From positions 5,952,001 through 6,016,000 of the forward strand of contig CM114271.1 in assembly GCA_050084515.1 (NCBI GenBank): a stretch of 64,000 nucleotides of DNA, in the 5' to 3' direction. Each line of letters begins with the position of its first letter. The first letter of the stretch is position 1. The stretch comes from Blasia pusilla (lineage: Eukaryota). The translations under genes and the position numbers were made by a program. A model generated the notes under the pieces. The model did not search any database. It was given only the letters and a program-made list of their open reading frames with translations, and was not told the origin of the DNA. Positions 40,049-51,303 of the stretch are shown here, piece by piece.

Positions 40049-40951
40049 TCAAGCATCCACAGCTGATGAACAGCAACAAAACCATTTCCTGCTTCCGTGA
40101 CTCTTGGGGTGAAGCATGTTCGGTTGTTTGTAGAGATCATCGTCGTTCGAACCATCACCCGGCTGAGGAATCCGGACAGGCCCTCCAGTTCTTTTCTCAA
40201 TTCTAGCTTTGTTGAAGATCATTGTGAAACCCTCTCCTGCCTGGGGGTTCTGGTCCCATTCGCCAAACTTCGGAAGTGCTGCAGCCCCCTTCTGAGGATC
40301 TTCCGGTTTCGAGTTTCCAGACCGAAGACGAGATCTATTCGGGGTGGGTGGGGCTAAATTCTGCGCCTCCTCTCCAGCCGGCCGTCTCCTGTTTTCCCAA
40401 GCGGGCGAGTTTCCACCAGCTCCTCCCAGCCTGCCTGCAGTCCTACCTTGGTTACCGAGTGCATGCGACGGAGACTGATCCGCAGAGACGCTCGTGGATG
40501 CACTCTCTGTGCTTCCAACATTCTCCCTACCTGCAGGGCGCTTGACATAATCGGTCGGGGGTGGCCTTGAAGGCATCGCGCTGTTTCGCCCGTCAGGATG
40601 CGAAGCCTGGGGTGGTACCGCTGCAACCTGCCTGCGTGCCGGGGCCTCGTTAGAGGGCTTGGGCAGCAAAGGCACCGGCTGCTGCCCTCTTCCTTCTCTG
40701 TTCCCTTGCCTCTCTTGATGTAGATCTGCAGCATCCATGTCCTCGGGGTCGTTAGGGTTCACAATTCGCCTACCGGGAGCATTACCATTCACTCTCCCTC
40801 CAAAATTGCCAGGATTTTCGCTGGGATCGTTCGGATTGCCCGTGTGTTTGCCTCTACCGGCACGAGCATGGTCGAAAACAGCCGTGTAGGGCACGGGGTC
40901 ATTCGCATCCCAGTTTCCAAACTTCGGCACATGAGTACGTCGTTGGGCCAT
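40049..40951 (-). CDS. RIN4: RPM1-interacting protein 4 (RIN4/NOI family), single coding exon, 300 aa
   Basis: MAQRRTHVPKFGNW..YTAVFD (N-terminal NOI), LPKFGEWD..GFTMIFNK (C-terminal NOI) and a C-terminal WFCCC acylation motif. First ATG at 40951. Confidence 0.93.
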   Translation of the reverse strand: MAQRRTHVPKFGNWDANDPVPYTAVFDHARAGRGKHTGNPNDPSENPGNFGGRVNGNAPGRRIVNPNDPEDMDAADLHQERQGNREGRGQQPVPLLPKPSNEAPARRQVAAVPPQASHPDGRNSAMPSRPPPTDYVKRPAGRENVGSTESASTSVSADQSPSHALGNQGRTAGRLGGAGGNSPAWENRRRPAGEEAQNLAPPTPNRSRLRSGNSKPEDPQKGAAALPKFGEWDQNPQAGEGFTMIFNKARIEKRTGGPVRIPQPGDGSNDDDLYKQPNMLHPKSHGSRKWFCCCSSAVDA

Positions 40952-41047
40952 CGCTAATTCGCCTACGCACCAGTTCTTCAAGCGACCGGAACGGCCACTC
41001 CTCCACTCAAAACTCGATCTGATTTCTGACAAGGCGGGCTCCTGCGT

Positions 41048-41107
41048 TCGACTCGACCCGACTCGACTCGACTCAACTCAACTCCACTCCACTCCACTCC
41101 ACTCAAT
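41048..41107. repeat. Pentanucleotide repeat (CGACT/CAACT/CCACT)n upstream of RIN4
   Basis: About 11 directly visible units. Confidence 0.85.
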
Positions 41108-44100
41108 CCCCGCTCGCTCACGCTCCTGTCCGCCCTTCCATCCAGGTTTCTCCACCGCGCAACGCAGAACGATCTCTTTCACAGGGCCATCTCTAGCTTG
41201 TCCGCTTGCAGAGGCCGGGCACGGATGAACCCCGTAGCGGAGGCTGGCGTTCGACTGAGGTCCCGAACGAACGAAGCACTGGTCAATACCCGCTGTTGGT
41301 ACCTGCGACAGGTCGGTCTTTCGCTCCACAACTCAATGAATGGACATGCTGAAGGGCGGAGGCGATTGTGCATATACTGCTCGAAAGTAGAAGATGAAGT
41401 GCTTCACGCGGCTACACACTACAGCGATCCGCCTGCAGCATAGACCCTATGGAAGTCATGTAGCGCGTGTTTGCCCAATCCTGCACCCTGGGTCAGCCTT
41501 TGCGTGCGTGCCGAGTCCACTTCCAGGACCGAAATTATTCTAAGATCTACCAAGTAGAAAAGAAAAGAAAAGAAAAGAAATGATGCGGCCCAGTCCTTTA
41601 TGTCGCCGATGGTAGCACCCTACGAGTATCGATACTGTAGCCTATGTAGATGAGGGTTGTTCGCTTGCTTGACTTTTTCCAAGTCAGAATCTGACCCTCT
41701 GTCCCCCCCCACCCTTTCAGACGATGCGGTCCCTCCCAACTTGTCTGACGCAAAGTTATCTTCCGCAGAGTTCTCCATCGATGGCCCCGAACACGCACAC
41801 AAGCGACACAATCAATGCGATTTCTTCGGCGCCGTACCCCTCGCACTCATTTTGCTTCCGCAGATTTTATTAGCGGCAAATTGGATTTAGAGCGCTTGTC
41901 TACGACCGTGCGTAGCCGTTATTATTTTTTATATCCGTCTCCGTTTCTAAAGCTCCCTCGTCTCCTGGCCGCCGGGAGTCCGGGAGAGGACTCGGTCTCC
42001 GCGGCACGGGCCAGCCAGTCCACGATCTACTGCAGCGACTTTCCCTGCGCGTCGCTCCCCGCCCTCGCGTTCGCCCCACCGCCAGCGCCGCAATTCTCAT
42101 CGCTCGCCATCCGCCAACGCGGTCGGCGACGATCGCATCGTCAGTCGTCTGCGACGGATCGGATATGGCGGAGCGAGTACCGGAGTCCGCGGAGGGCTGG
42201 GTTTTCAGACCGCAGCCAGCCAACCGATCACCGCGTCTGCACCGTGAGGGATTGTCATACCATCGCGGAGATCGTTCCGCTGGAACTTTAGGTTTATGAA
42301 GTTGGAAGTGGAGTGTGAGTTGCATGGGCAGGTTTCGGGAGTCGTGACAGACGCCGGTCGATACCTCGGAGCGAACGTCGACTTTCGCCTTCGGTGGTAT
42401 GGGGAGCGTGGTGCGTGCGGGGCGGGCTCGACGCATATTTCCTCGAGGGGAACTAATTTCACGCCGTGCGCTGCGAAGCGATAATAGCTGTGTTATCGAA
42501 CTTGTGCAGAACTGTCAATATTCCTGCTCGTAAACAGGACTTCGACGGTTCAGCTGAGAGTGGTGGTTTGACCTTTTTTTCTAGATTATTTCACTGGTCA
42601 CCCGTATATGCTCGAATGTCCTTCTGCAGCTGGCACACGGCGGGAGCCATGGAGAATCAAATCCGGAAAAGACTTCGATGAAGTAGCTGTCGAAGATTTT
42701 CGAGGGTTTCAAACAACCCTGGCACAACTTCCACTGTAGGGAGTCCGATGAAACGCATACGTTCTGGGGCTGTATGATCTTTGGAAGTATCAAGCGAAGG
42801 CAGGAACTCTCTGAATCAGTCGAACATTACGTGCATCGGTCCATTTTTGGACGGTTGGAGAAACCCGTCATTCTCGTGGTGCTGGCGCACCTAGCAATTC
42901 GGAAGTGAGACACTTGCATTCGACCGTCTCAATCGACGAGAGTGGCTGAATATCCATGGATGCGTTGACTTTTACGAGTCATTATCTTACTTGAAAGGCC
43001 TATTCTACTCTTTTCCCCGCAGCTAGGAACAGGAGATCATTGGTGACGCCCACGGATCGGTGGACGCTTGACTCCGTGAAGACAGACTCGTTAGACTTTT
43101 TGCGCAGCGCTCGCAGGCCAGTTTCCTCTGGCACTTTGTGGATGAGGAGATGCGGATGGGACCATTGTCGGGGAGAGTAGGTTGCCATGGAAAGTAGCGA
43201 GGGGAAATGCAGTTCAGGGAATCGAAAACCTCCCCACCTGTCTGCAGATTTCCGAAACGCTGTCGAAGGCGAACGCTTGGAGACGGGGAAGAATCGGCGA
43301 CAATCGCAAACCGGCCATCCTGATCGAGTTCAGACCGTGAGGACGGACGCTACGATCTCCTACGGCCTCATGTAACCAAAAAGGACAATCGCTCGTCTAG
43401 ACTCTCGAGTAGAAAGTATTCAATCCTTCCGTGTTCGTTCGAGAGGGACCGGTGACTCTGCCCATCAGAGCTCTACTCTCCCTCGACATCGCGGAAGAAA
43501 TGTGACGAAGAAGTGGCCGCTCTCGTCTTCGCCAACAGCTCCTCGGCGATTTCTCGCTTTTCCGGCTCACAGGGAAAGGCGTACACCACCTGACACAACC
43601 ATCAATCCTCCCCAGCTCTGCAGAGACGAACCGCCCTGAGTCGAGTCTCGCGAGATCTTTCTCGATCCCACGTTTCCTTTCCCCCGCTGGAACCCGATCA
43701 ACCGCGCCGGTTTCTCACAAGGAACTGGCTTTCCTCTTCCCTAACTCTGGAGTCTGTACGCAGAGAAAGAGAAAGAACGAAGCACTGAAGCAGAGCACAC
43801 AGAGCCGATGGGACACGCGCCAGCAGCGATTATAGCTCCCCCATCTTGAAACCTACAACAACAATCAATGACAGACCTAAGCCCCAACACGTGGTCCTGA
43901 AATGACTACTTCACACTTCACACGCTCTGCGTCTTCTAAAACTCGCTCCAGCACTCTCCAGCGCAGAGTCGCAGACACGAAGTGCTCCAGCGAGATCCAT
44001 TTCGGCCCGAACTGTCCCGAACCAAACGGATTGAAGCGCCCCCAACGTTCGGACGACAGTGAAAGGAGCATCGACACGTGCTTTCATGCAGAGCCCATTC

Positions 44101-44559
44101 CGAAAGCAGAGGACGGGCATTGATGAGTCTTGCGCTCCTCGGACACCGAGTCCCTGCACACATGCGTATGGGCAAAAGCCACTCCATCGCTCGCTCGATG
44201 CCTCGATCCCTCCACAGGGGGCTTTATAGAAGTGGCAGACAGACAGACTGTCACCTGATGAGACATCGACTCGGTAAGTAAAGCCGATCACTTCACGCAC
44301 CCCACGAGGCTTCTGCTCTATTCTCCGCTTCTCTCATTACTACCGCGAGTGAGTGAATGAGCGGAGGGGTGGGGGGTGAGATGGCCTGCCACGTAACCAT
44401 CTCTGCCATAAACACTGCCCCCCTCGCCATCCTCGAACTCCTGTGTCCGTTTCGTGCATTCCCATTATTTTCGTTTCCGGGCTTCAGGAGCTCGCGGCGG
44501 CGACTGTTGCGTGTTGTTGTGGTTCGCTGTCGGTGAAGTTTCATTCATTTCTCCTTCTT

Positions 44560-45649
44560 TCGTGAGTGGTGATTTTCAAGTTTTCCACCTTTTTCAGCTC
44601 CCCCTTTTCTCGTTCGACGGACTCTCCCATGCAACTTTTTCTGCAGCCGTGTTTCCTCCTTTGATGGAAGCCCATTTTGAGGCAGTTTTTAGAGGCACTA
44701 TGTCTGACGGGAATATCCCCATGGAGGTTAGGGCCCGTATTCGCTCTTGCTCCGGAAAGGGGGCAGGCTCATGGGTAGGGGCGCGCCCCCTTCTCCAGCC
44801 TTTCCGTATCGCACCACTTACCTATACCACAGCGATGCGGTTCCGCTTGGGCCTCCCCCAACCATCGGTGGTTGGTTCGACACACTGCGAGTGTCGCCGG
44901 AGCCTGGATCCACTTGGTGTGCATTTGGCACGTTGTCCAGTTGGGGGTGAGAGGATAGCCACTCAAGATGCAAAGGCGGGATATCATGTTCGTATTGCTC
45001 GGGAGAGTGGCTTCCATGTGCAGTGAGAGAGAGGCACTACTCCATGCGGGATTCCCTCATTCGTGCCGATCTCTACATGACACGTGAGGCCGAGGTGGTT
45101 GTGGCGGACGTGGTAGTCACAGATCCTACGCGGGAGGCGGCGAGCCCAAGTGGTGGCCCAAGGGCGAATGCTACAAGGAGCGGAGCGGCGGCGGCGGTGA
45201 AGAAGACACATATCTCTGATCGACTACACGAGGGACACATCTTCATCCCCCGGCCATAGAGATGTATGGGGCTATGGGGGAGAGGTTCGACTCGTTCTTA
45301 CGGATCGCGCCCATCATCTCCACTCGAGAAATGGGTTGTCCTTAGCTCGCGATTCTCATTGTAGGCGGCGGGTCTCCATAGCATTGCAGCGTGCCCAGGC
45401 TAATGGGATTTTGCGGCGGGCTCAGGCTGTGAGAGACGCCGGCGCTAGAGGCCCACTTAGTAGTAGTCATAGCTCTCTTGTTGTTGCTGATATTGTCTCT
45501 GTTGTTGGTGAGTTTCGTCGTTAGGGGGGGGAATGCCCCCTTCTTCCTTTTCTGGTCTTGTTGTGGCCTTCGGGTTTTGACTCTTTGAGTCCCCCTCTTT
45601 TGTACTTCCGATGGGTTTTCCATCACTCGTATTTATCGAAGTGCATCTT
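44560..45649 (+). mobile_element. 5'-truncated CRE-clade non-LTR retrotransposon, copy B
   Basis: RARIRSCSGKGAGSWV..RFRLGLP..CEC..HLARC, the RLE motif VVADVVVTDP, and RVSIALQRAQA. Same 3' end (GAAGTGCATCTT) as copy A. The 5' boundary is approximate. Confidence 0.9.
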
Positions 45650-46043
45650 CTTCCCTTATTCGAGGGTTTGGAGTTCCACTTCCAATGTAACCGTTACGAA
45701 TATTTTTTCAAGTTGTCAAGAAATCGTAGAATGTGAGGGGAAATGTGGATTCTTCAGTCTAAGGGTCCAGGTTCACATTCACTCGTGAGGGCATTGTCTT
45801 AGGACCGGGTCCCATGGGCCTTGCGGCGATTTCATTTCTGCGACCAATTTATATTTTCGAAGGACAATCCAAGAAAATACATAGGTCCTTTGCTAAAACC
45901 ATTAGACATGCGGTAATAAAGGTGGACAATTTTTGCACACAAAAAAAATTGACGCAGAAAGAGTGGCGACCCCCGTTGGTCGCCGCGGCCTCCCGCCTAT
46001 GGGACCCGGCTCTAAGAACTCAAATAGGAGAGGAAGGAAGAAT

Positions 46044-46115
46044 GATGCACTTCGATAAAAACGTGTGATGGAAAACCCATCGGAAGTACAAAAGAGGGGG
46101 CATTCCCCCCCTAAC
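46044..46115 (-). repeat. Inverted, internally deleted copy of the CRE 3' UTR
   Basis: Reverse complement of 45520-45540 joined to 45591-45647. Confidence 0.85.
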
Positions 46116-47483
46116 AGAGGAAGGGGAGAGGAAGGGGAAAGGAGAGCTCCATCATTTTCCTACAGAGAATATTCTCTGACAATTTCAAAATTACTAGTAT
46201 GGGGCTGGATTGCAAAACAAACCCCTTCAACGTTGTTTTTCTTTCATAAGACTTCGTAGAGAGGTGCATTTCCATTCCAAGAAAACTCTCACGGACTCAA
46301 TAGTCTAGTCTTGGAGATCAATTTTATCTCTAAATCTAGATTATCTATAGATGTTGATGAGTATAAGTAAATCATTGATGAAATTATGAAAAAAAATTAT
46401 GTGTCAATATGAGTTCTTTGTATATTTATATCATTATTTGGAGTACAAAAAATATATTTTGGAAAATAAGAAATGTCTGAACTAGGAGGGTGTAGGCCGC
46501 AAATTCATTCCATAAAAATTTTGGCAGCCAATTATAACTTAGACCAACATTAGCATTTGGTATTAGATAAGGATAAATTTCAGGTCATGAGAAAAATTAT
46601 TAACCAAATGGTATTACTTATAGAAATGCATGAGTTGTGTATACTCGAAATTTATTTTTAGAAGGAAAGGTTTGAGTCGTATAGAAGAAAATGGATTTAT
46701 AATGTTTTGAGCTATGCATGGTTAACTCCAAAATGAAAGTTACACGTTTCCAAACAGTTCCTATATGATAACTTTTACTTTTTCAATAATGTCTTTGGTA
46801 CCAATAGGACATGTGTACATTCTTTACTTTCCTTGTTTTAAAATTTATAAATCTATTTTAGAAACAACTCAAAAGCATCAAAACCACAATAATATCTCCC
46901 ACGGTAACAAATATAAACTAGTTTGAAGGCATAATTACACAAAAGAAGATTTTTTTAAGTCAATTTTGCAATGTGGGGGAAGAAAAATGCTAGTTGTCCT
47001 TACTGAGGCCCAAGTAAGTAAAAAATTTAGAAATGGGTGGGAAACAAATTGGGTAGAGGAGACGACGGAATCAAAAATTATTTGTAAAAATTAGGATGTA
47101 AAATGGGGAAATTGAAAATTTTAATTAAACTGAATATTAAATAAATAAATAACTCACGATTGACGAGCAATAATGTCATAAAGGGGTTTAATGGATTTCT
47201 TTTAGGTTGGGAGAGATTATATCAACCCTACCCTTATAAAGGTTGATAGAATCTTTTTTTAGTAGATTAATTTTGTGATCGTTCTTTTATGTCATTGGTC
47301 TACACATTGATACACACCATACATCGATGTCATCATCAATGATGAAGACATTCTTCTAAAATCGATGGGGTCCACATCTTTTTTTAAAGTCAAATTTTGG
47401 ATCTTTTATAAGAGGCCATGTAAGTATGAGAGAGTTTTTACTTGAACCCCACCTTTTAGGGAATAATGGAGGTTGAACCAAGG

Positions 47484-49420
47484 TGTCATGCGACTATACA
47501 TTGCTACCCACATACATTGGCTATCATCAATACATATCTAAGATCCATCTATATTATGAATTTGAGTACATCCACATATGAATGACTAGACAAAACCCAA
47601 TAGAAAATCAGTCAAGATTTACATATACATTCATAAATCAGCAAGATCTTTGGAAATATATAATTAATCTAATTGCAATGTGCTAGCTCAACATTCACTC
47701 CCGATATGGTTCAATAATACACACTCTGATATCATCACGAGAATTGAAAAAAATAAGCAATAAACTCTCAATCTGTGATCTTCGAGATCCTAGCTCTCTT
47801 TACTCACGCGAATCCAAGCTTATTACAAAAACATTGCTACACAGTGTCGTTGATCCAAGCAAGGTTTGATCTAAGAAAGATGACCTTAAAATAAACGTCA
47901 TCAAGATTATATCCCTCCCCATGAAACTCAATGGTAACATGTGTGCATAAGTTACCCATTCATAGACGATCATAGACAACATAGAATACACATGTACTCC
48001 AAATCCAACCAAAAGTCATTTTTTGGGCACACACATCACCACATAACTTACATCGCTATCATCGATCAAACACACCAAACACGGAGACAAATAATTACCA
48101 AAATATCTCTATTGAAGGGATTACCAAATAAATAACTCTTGAAATATGTGTCATGCAAATAGACATCGTTGCTAACATACATCATTTGTTATGCACATAA
48201 GTCTAAGATCCATCTAACTATGAATCCTAAAATATTGTCGTGCGCATACACATCGCTACACAACATACATCGCTATCATCGATCAAACACACCAAACACG
48301 GAGACAAGTAATTACCAAAATATCTCTATTGAAGGGATTACCAAATAAATAACTCTTGAAATATGTGTCATGCAAATAGACATCGTTGCTAACATACATC
48401 ATTTGTTATGCACATAAGTCTAAGATCCATCTAACTATGAATCCTAAAATATTGTCGTGCGCATACACATCGCTATCACTGAACACACACACAAACACGC
48501 ACAATCCCATGCTAACTCATGGCATCCAAACAACGAGACAAGAAGTACCAAAATATCTTCAATCGCCAAAGTAAGATCCAATCTCTCTCTACACAATCTC
48601 ATACCATAGCCCTCAAAGGTGTGCACTCTCTCTCATGTCAAACCAAATCCACTCTCCTAATGAGAGGCTTGGGTTACACTCACAAGGCAAGGGACCATAG
48701 CTCCGCCGCCTCATGCCAAGAGGTTCAACAAAGAGAGAATGAGCTCTCAAGCTCTCTCTCCTTGGGATATATACCTCTCCCCTCTCCCAAGCTCTCTCCA
48801 TGGTAATCTATTCTCCCAAGTCACCTCTTTTGCTCTTGACCTGATGTAGGAGATCAAGGGCCACTTAACAAAAATAGAAAGTCGATTATATACTCAAAAT
48901 GGTACTTACCTAAAATAGTATGTTTCTCAATATGGCTCCAAATGAGCCAAAACGAAGGGGAAACCTGCTCTCTTAGGTTTCTCGGGGCCTCAGCAGGTCA
49001 TCCTCGACCTCCTAGGCCTGTCCTCCACTACTCTTGAAGACGCCCTACTAGATCTCCACGATCTATCCGAAAGGACGTGACAATATCTACACATGAACGA
49101 TTGGAAAACCCCAATATAAAAATGTCACATTGATAAAATCTGCAATCTGTTATGCGTTGTCCAAACATCCACTCAATGATACACACTGCAATAGCAATAA
49201 GAGATAGTCTACAATAAACTCTCAATATATGTGATCTCTGATTAATCCTAGCCCGCTCTTCAAGAGAGAATCTAGGCTCAATACATGCAAGCGGCATTGT
49301 ATCATAGATCCCAATATGGGTTTGATCCAAGGAAGATGAGCTTTGAATGAGCTTCATCCGAGATATACCCCTTCTTGGGCATCTCCATGGGTGACATGTA
49401 CAAAAAGTTAAACCTAGTTC
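47484..49420 (-). mobile_element. Nest of older LTR-like repeats (47484-~47950 and 48149-~49420) with a 217-bp tandem duplication
   Basis: Paralogous blocks TAAGATCCATCTA..TATGAAT, CAATAAACTCTCAAT and GGTTTGATC.AAG.AAGATGA. 48049-48265 is repeated at 48266-48475. Confidence 0.65.
48453..49082 (-). mobile_element. Solo LTR (630 bp), 4-bp TSD ATAT
   Basis: Termini TGTCGTG...GTGACA. ATAT at 48449-48452 and 49083-49086. Reverse-complement homolog of 22970-23647. Confidence 0.88.
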
Positions 49421-49689
49421 TAAAAACAACACACATGGTCCTCCCATAAGACCCACTACTACTTAACTACCATTTGACCCTTGAACTCTATCGGTTCAAG
49501 TGGCTCCACTCAAAGGATGAGAGAGTTAACCTCTCAAAGGTTGCTACTCCTAAAAAAGTTAAGGGTGATGTACGCTCGTAGGTCATCTCTTGAGAGCATG
49601 TTATATATCATCTCTCAAAATAGGGAAGTATAAGACTCCCCTAAGGCCTTGAAACTATCTTGCCACACGTCTCATCTACCATGACATAT

Positions 49690-50200
49690 GTGACGCTCCA
49701 TGTTGCAACCAAGCATTTTCCCTCATATGAGTTGTATTTTTGCCTCTCTAGTATTTTTCAAGCAACTAGCATTAGCCACTACAAAATCTCTTCCCTCATC
49801 ATCATGTTGGATAAGCACCACTCCTAACCCGAACATGCTCCAATTAGTATGTAATTAGAAAGGATGTTCCCTAAGTTGTCTCCTCAAGATGGGTGTGGAT
49901 GTCAATCGATCCTTGAGTAGTTTAAATTCTCTCTTATGCTCATCTCACAACTACCACGTACTCATGTTCCACCTTTGACAAAAACTTTAGTGGCTTCATA
50001 ATGATACTAAATCCCTTGACGTTCCAACAATAAAAGTTTGCTAATCCCATAAACACGTGAACTCGAATCACATCCGTAGGGCGTGGAAAGCATGACATAG
50101 CTCCTATCTTTGTCTCTTGAAATCTCCATCCACCTAGGTATATTGTGTGGCCCAAATCCTCAATCTAATGAAAGAAGCCCTAAACTTGCACTAACCTAGA
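49690..50200 (-). mobile_element. Gypsy RT-RNase H fragment of the same family as 1-1060
   Basis: GHTIYLGG..PRPTDVIRVHVFMGLANFY..VKGFS matches ORF 31..573, followed by LTSTPILR..LHTNWSMFGLGVVLIQ..YNSYEG (RNase H). Confidence 0.85.
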
Positions 50201-50559
50201 TGTTGAGAGGATTATGAAGAGATATCATAAATGTATTGGTTGACACGTTAGCAAGCCATAACTACTTTGTGTTACTCGATGGAATCAATCCTTACATCAG
50301 TAGGAAAAATTTACCCTTCAAAGATGATGGTAATGTTGCGAATGTGTACAACAAGTCCGGTTCATTTCAAATGATCTACTAGCTATAATTGTTTCCGACA
50401 TATTATTTATTCTTGCTAACTTGAGAAGGATTTTTTAATACAAGTTTGTCGATATTAGTAATATTGGGGGTGTTGTGAATTTCTAAATTTGATTCTATTA
50501 CAATGAACTTTATGATGAAGAATCATGACTTGAATGCTTCGACGTTCATACTCTTTAAA

Positions 50560-51125
50560 AAAGTAGGTTATCATCTCTTATTTGACTTTGATCCTCTTTG
50601 TGGATATTTGAAATGCGTGCAAAATAAGATAAGAGTAGAAAGTTCCATAATATTGAAATATTAAGGGATGAGATTGGAAGGGATTTAAAGGATTCTCTAA
50701 CCTTCCAAAAGAATTTTTCCGAGCGTAAATGCACATCTTTACAAAATCGATTCATGGATAGTAATTTGATTGCAGCAATGAGGACCATGAATCCTCTACA
50801 TGTGCCTTCAATGCTAGTAAGGTTTAATAGTGGGGGTTGCAAGGGTATGAATGACCTTTGCGCACATTTTGGGAGGGAATCAGCCTTAAGGGGTCATTTG
50901 TAGTGTGCCCTTGTGAAATTTGGGAGCCGTGAAACGAGAGTTTTAGTCATTTAAGCTTATGGCCACAACAGAGTGGAAAGATTGAAACTTTCGGGATTTA
51001 TGGGCTATGGTAAATTTGAGCCTATTGTGGCAATGTAGGTCTTTGTATCGAATATGATAAAGACTGGATGTGGTAATAGATTAATGACCAAAAATTTGGA
51101 TGTTCTCATGATTGCCTAAGAGGGG
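50560..51125 (+). mobile_element. hAT-like (ZNF862-type) transposase C-terminal remnant
   Basis: LQNRF..EF*SFK..NMIKTGCGNRLMTKNLDVLMIA*EG resembles the hAT dimerisation consensus NxIKTxxRNRL...LDxLM. Confidence 0.5.
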
Positions 51126-51131
51126 AAACTC

Positions 51132-51303
51132 TATATTATTATTGGAAAGTGCCTCTTCATTTTGCAAACTCCTCTCCTATTGAAACTTGGTACTTTCAGC
51201 CGATGGGATTGCTCGAAATTGATTTAAGATGGTACTTGAGAGTTTTGGGATTTAAATATTGGAGGTAATTTAAACCCCGTGCATTGCACAAGCTTACGCT
51301 CGT
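51132..51303 (+). repeat. Helitron-like 3' terminus
   Basis: GTGCATTGCAC hairpin followed ~10 nt later by CTCG|T. Paralog of 18827-19012. Confidence 0.55.

Noticed and set aside
40952-41032. 27-aa N-terminal extension of the RIN4 ORF in the ORF track
   Set aside because: It starts at a non-ATG codon. RIN4 homologs begin at MAQ (40951).
41100-44400. Numerous overlapping short ORFs in GC-rich DNA
   Set aside because: No motifs. Best explained as the long intron-containing leader/promoter of RIN4, although this is not demonstrable here.
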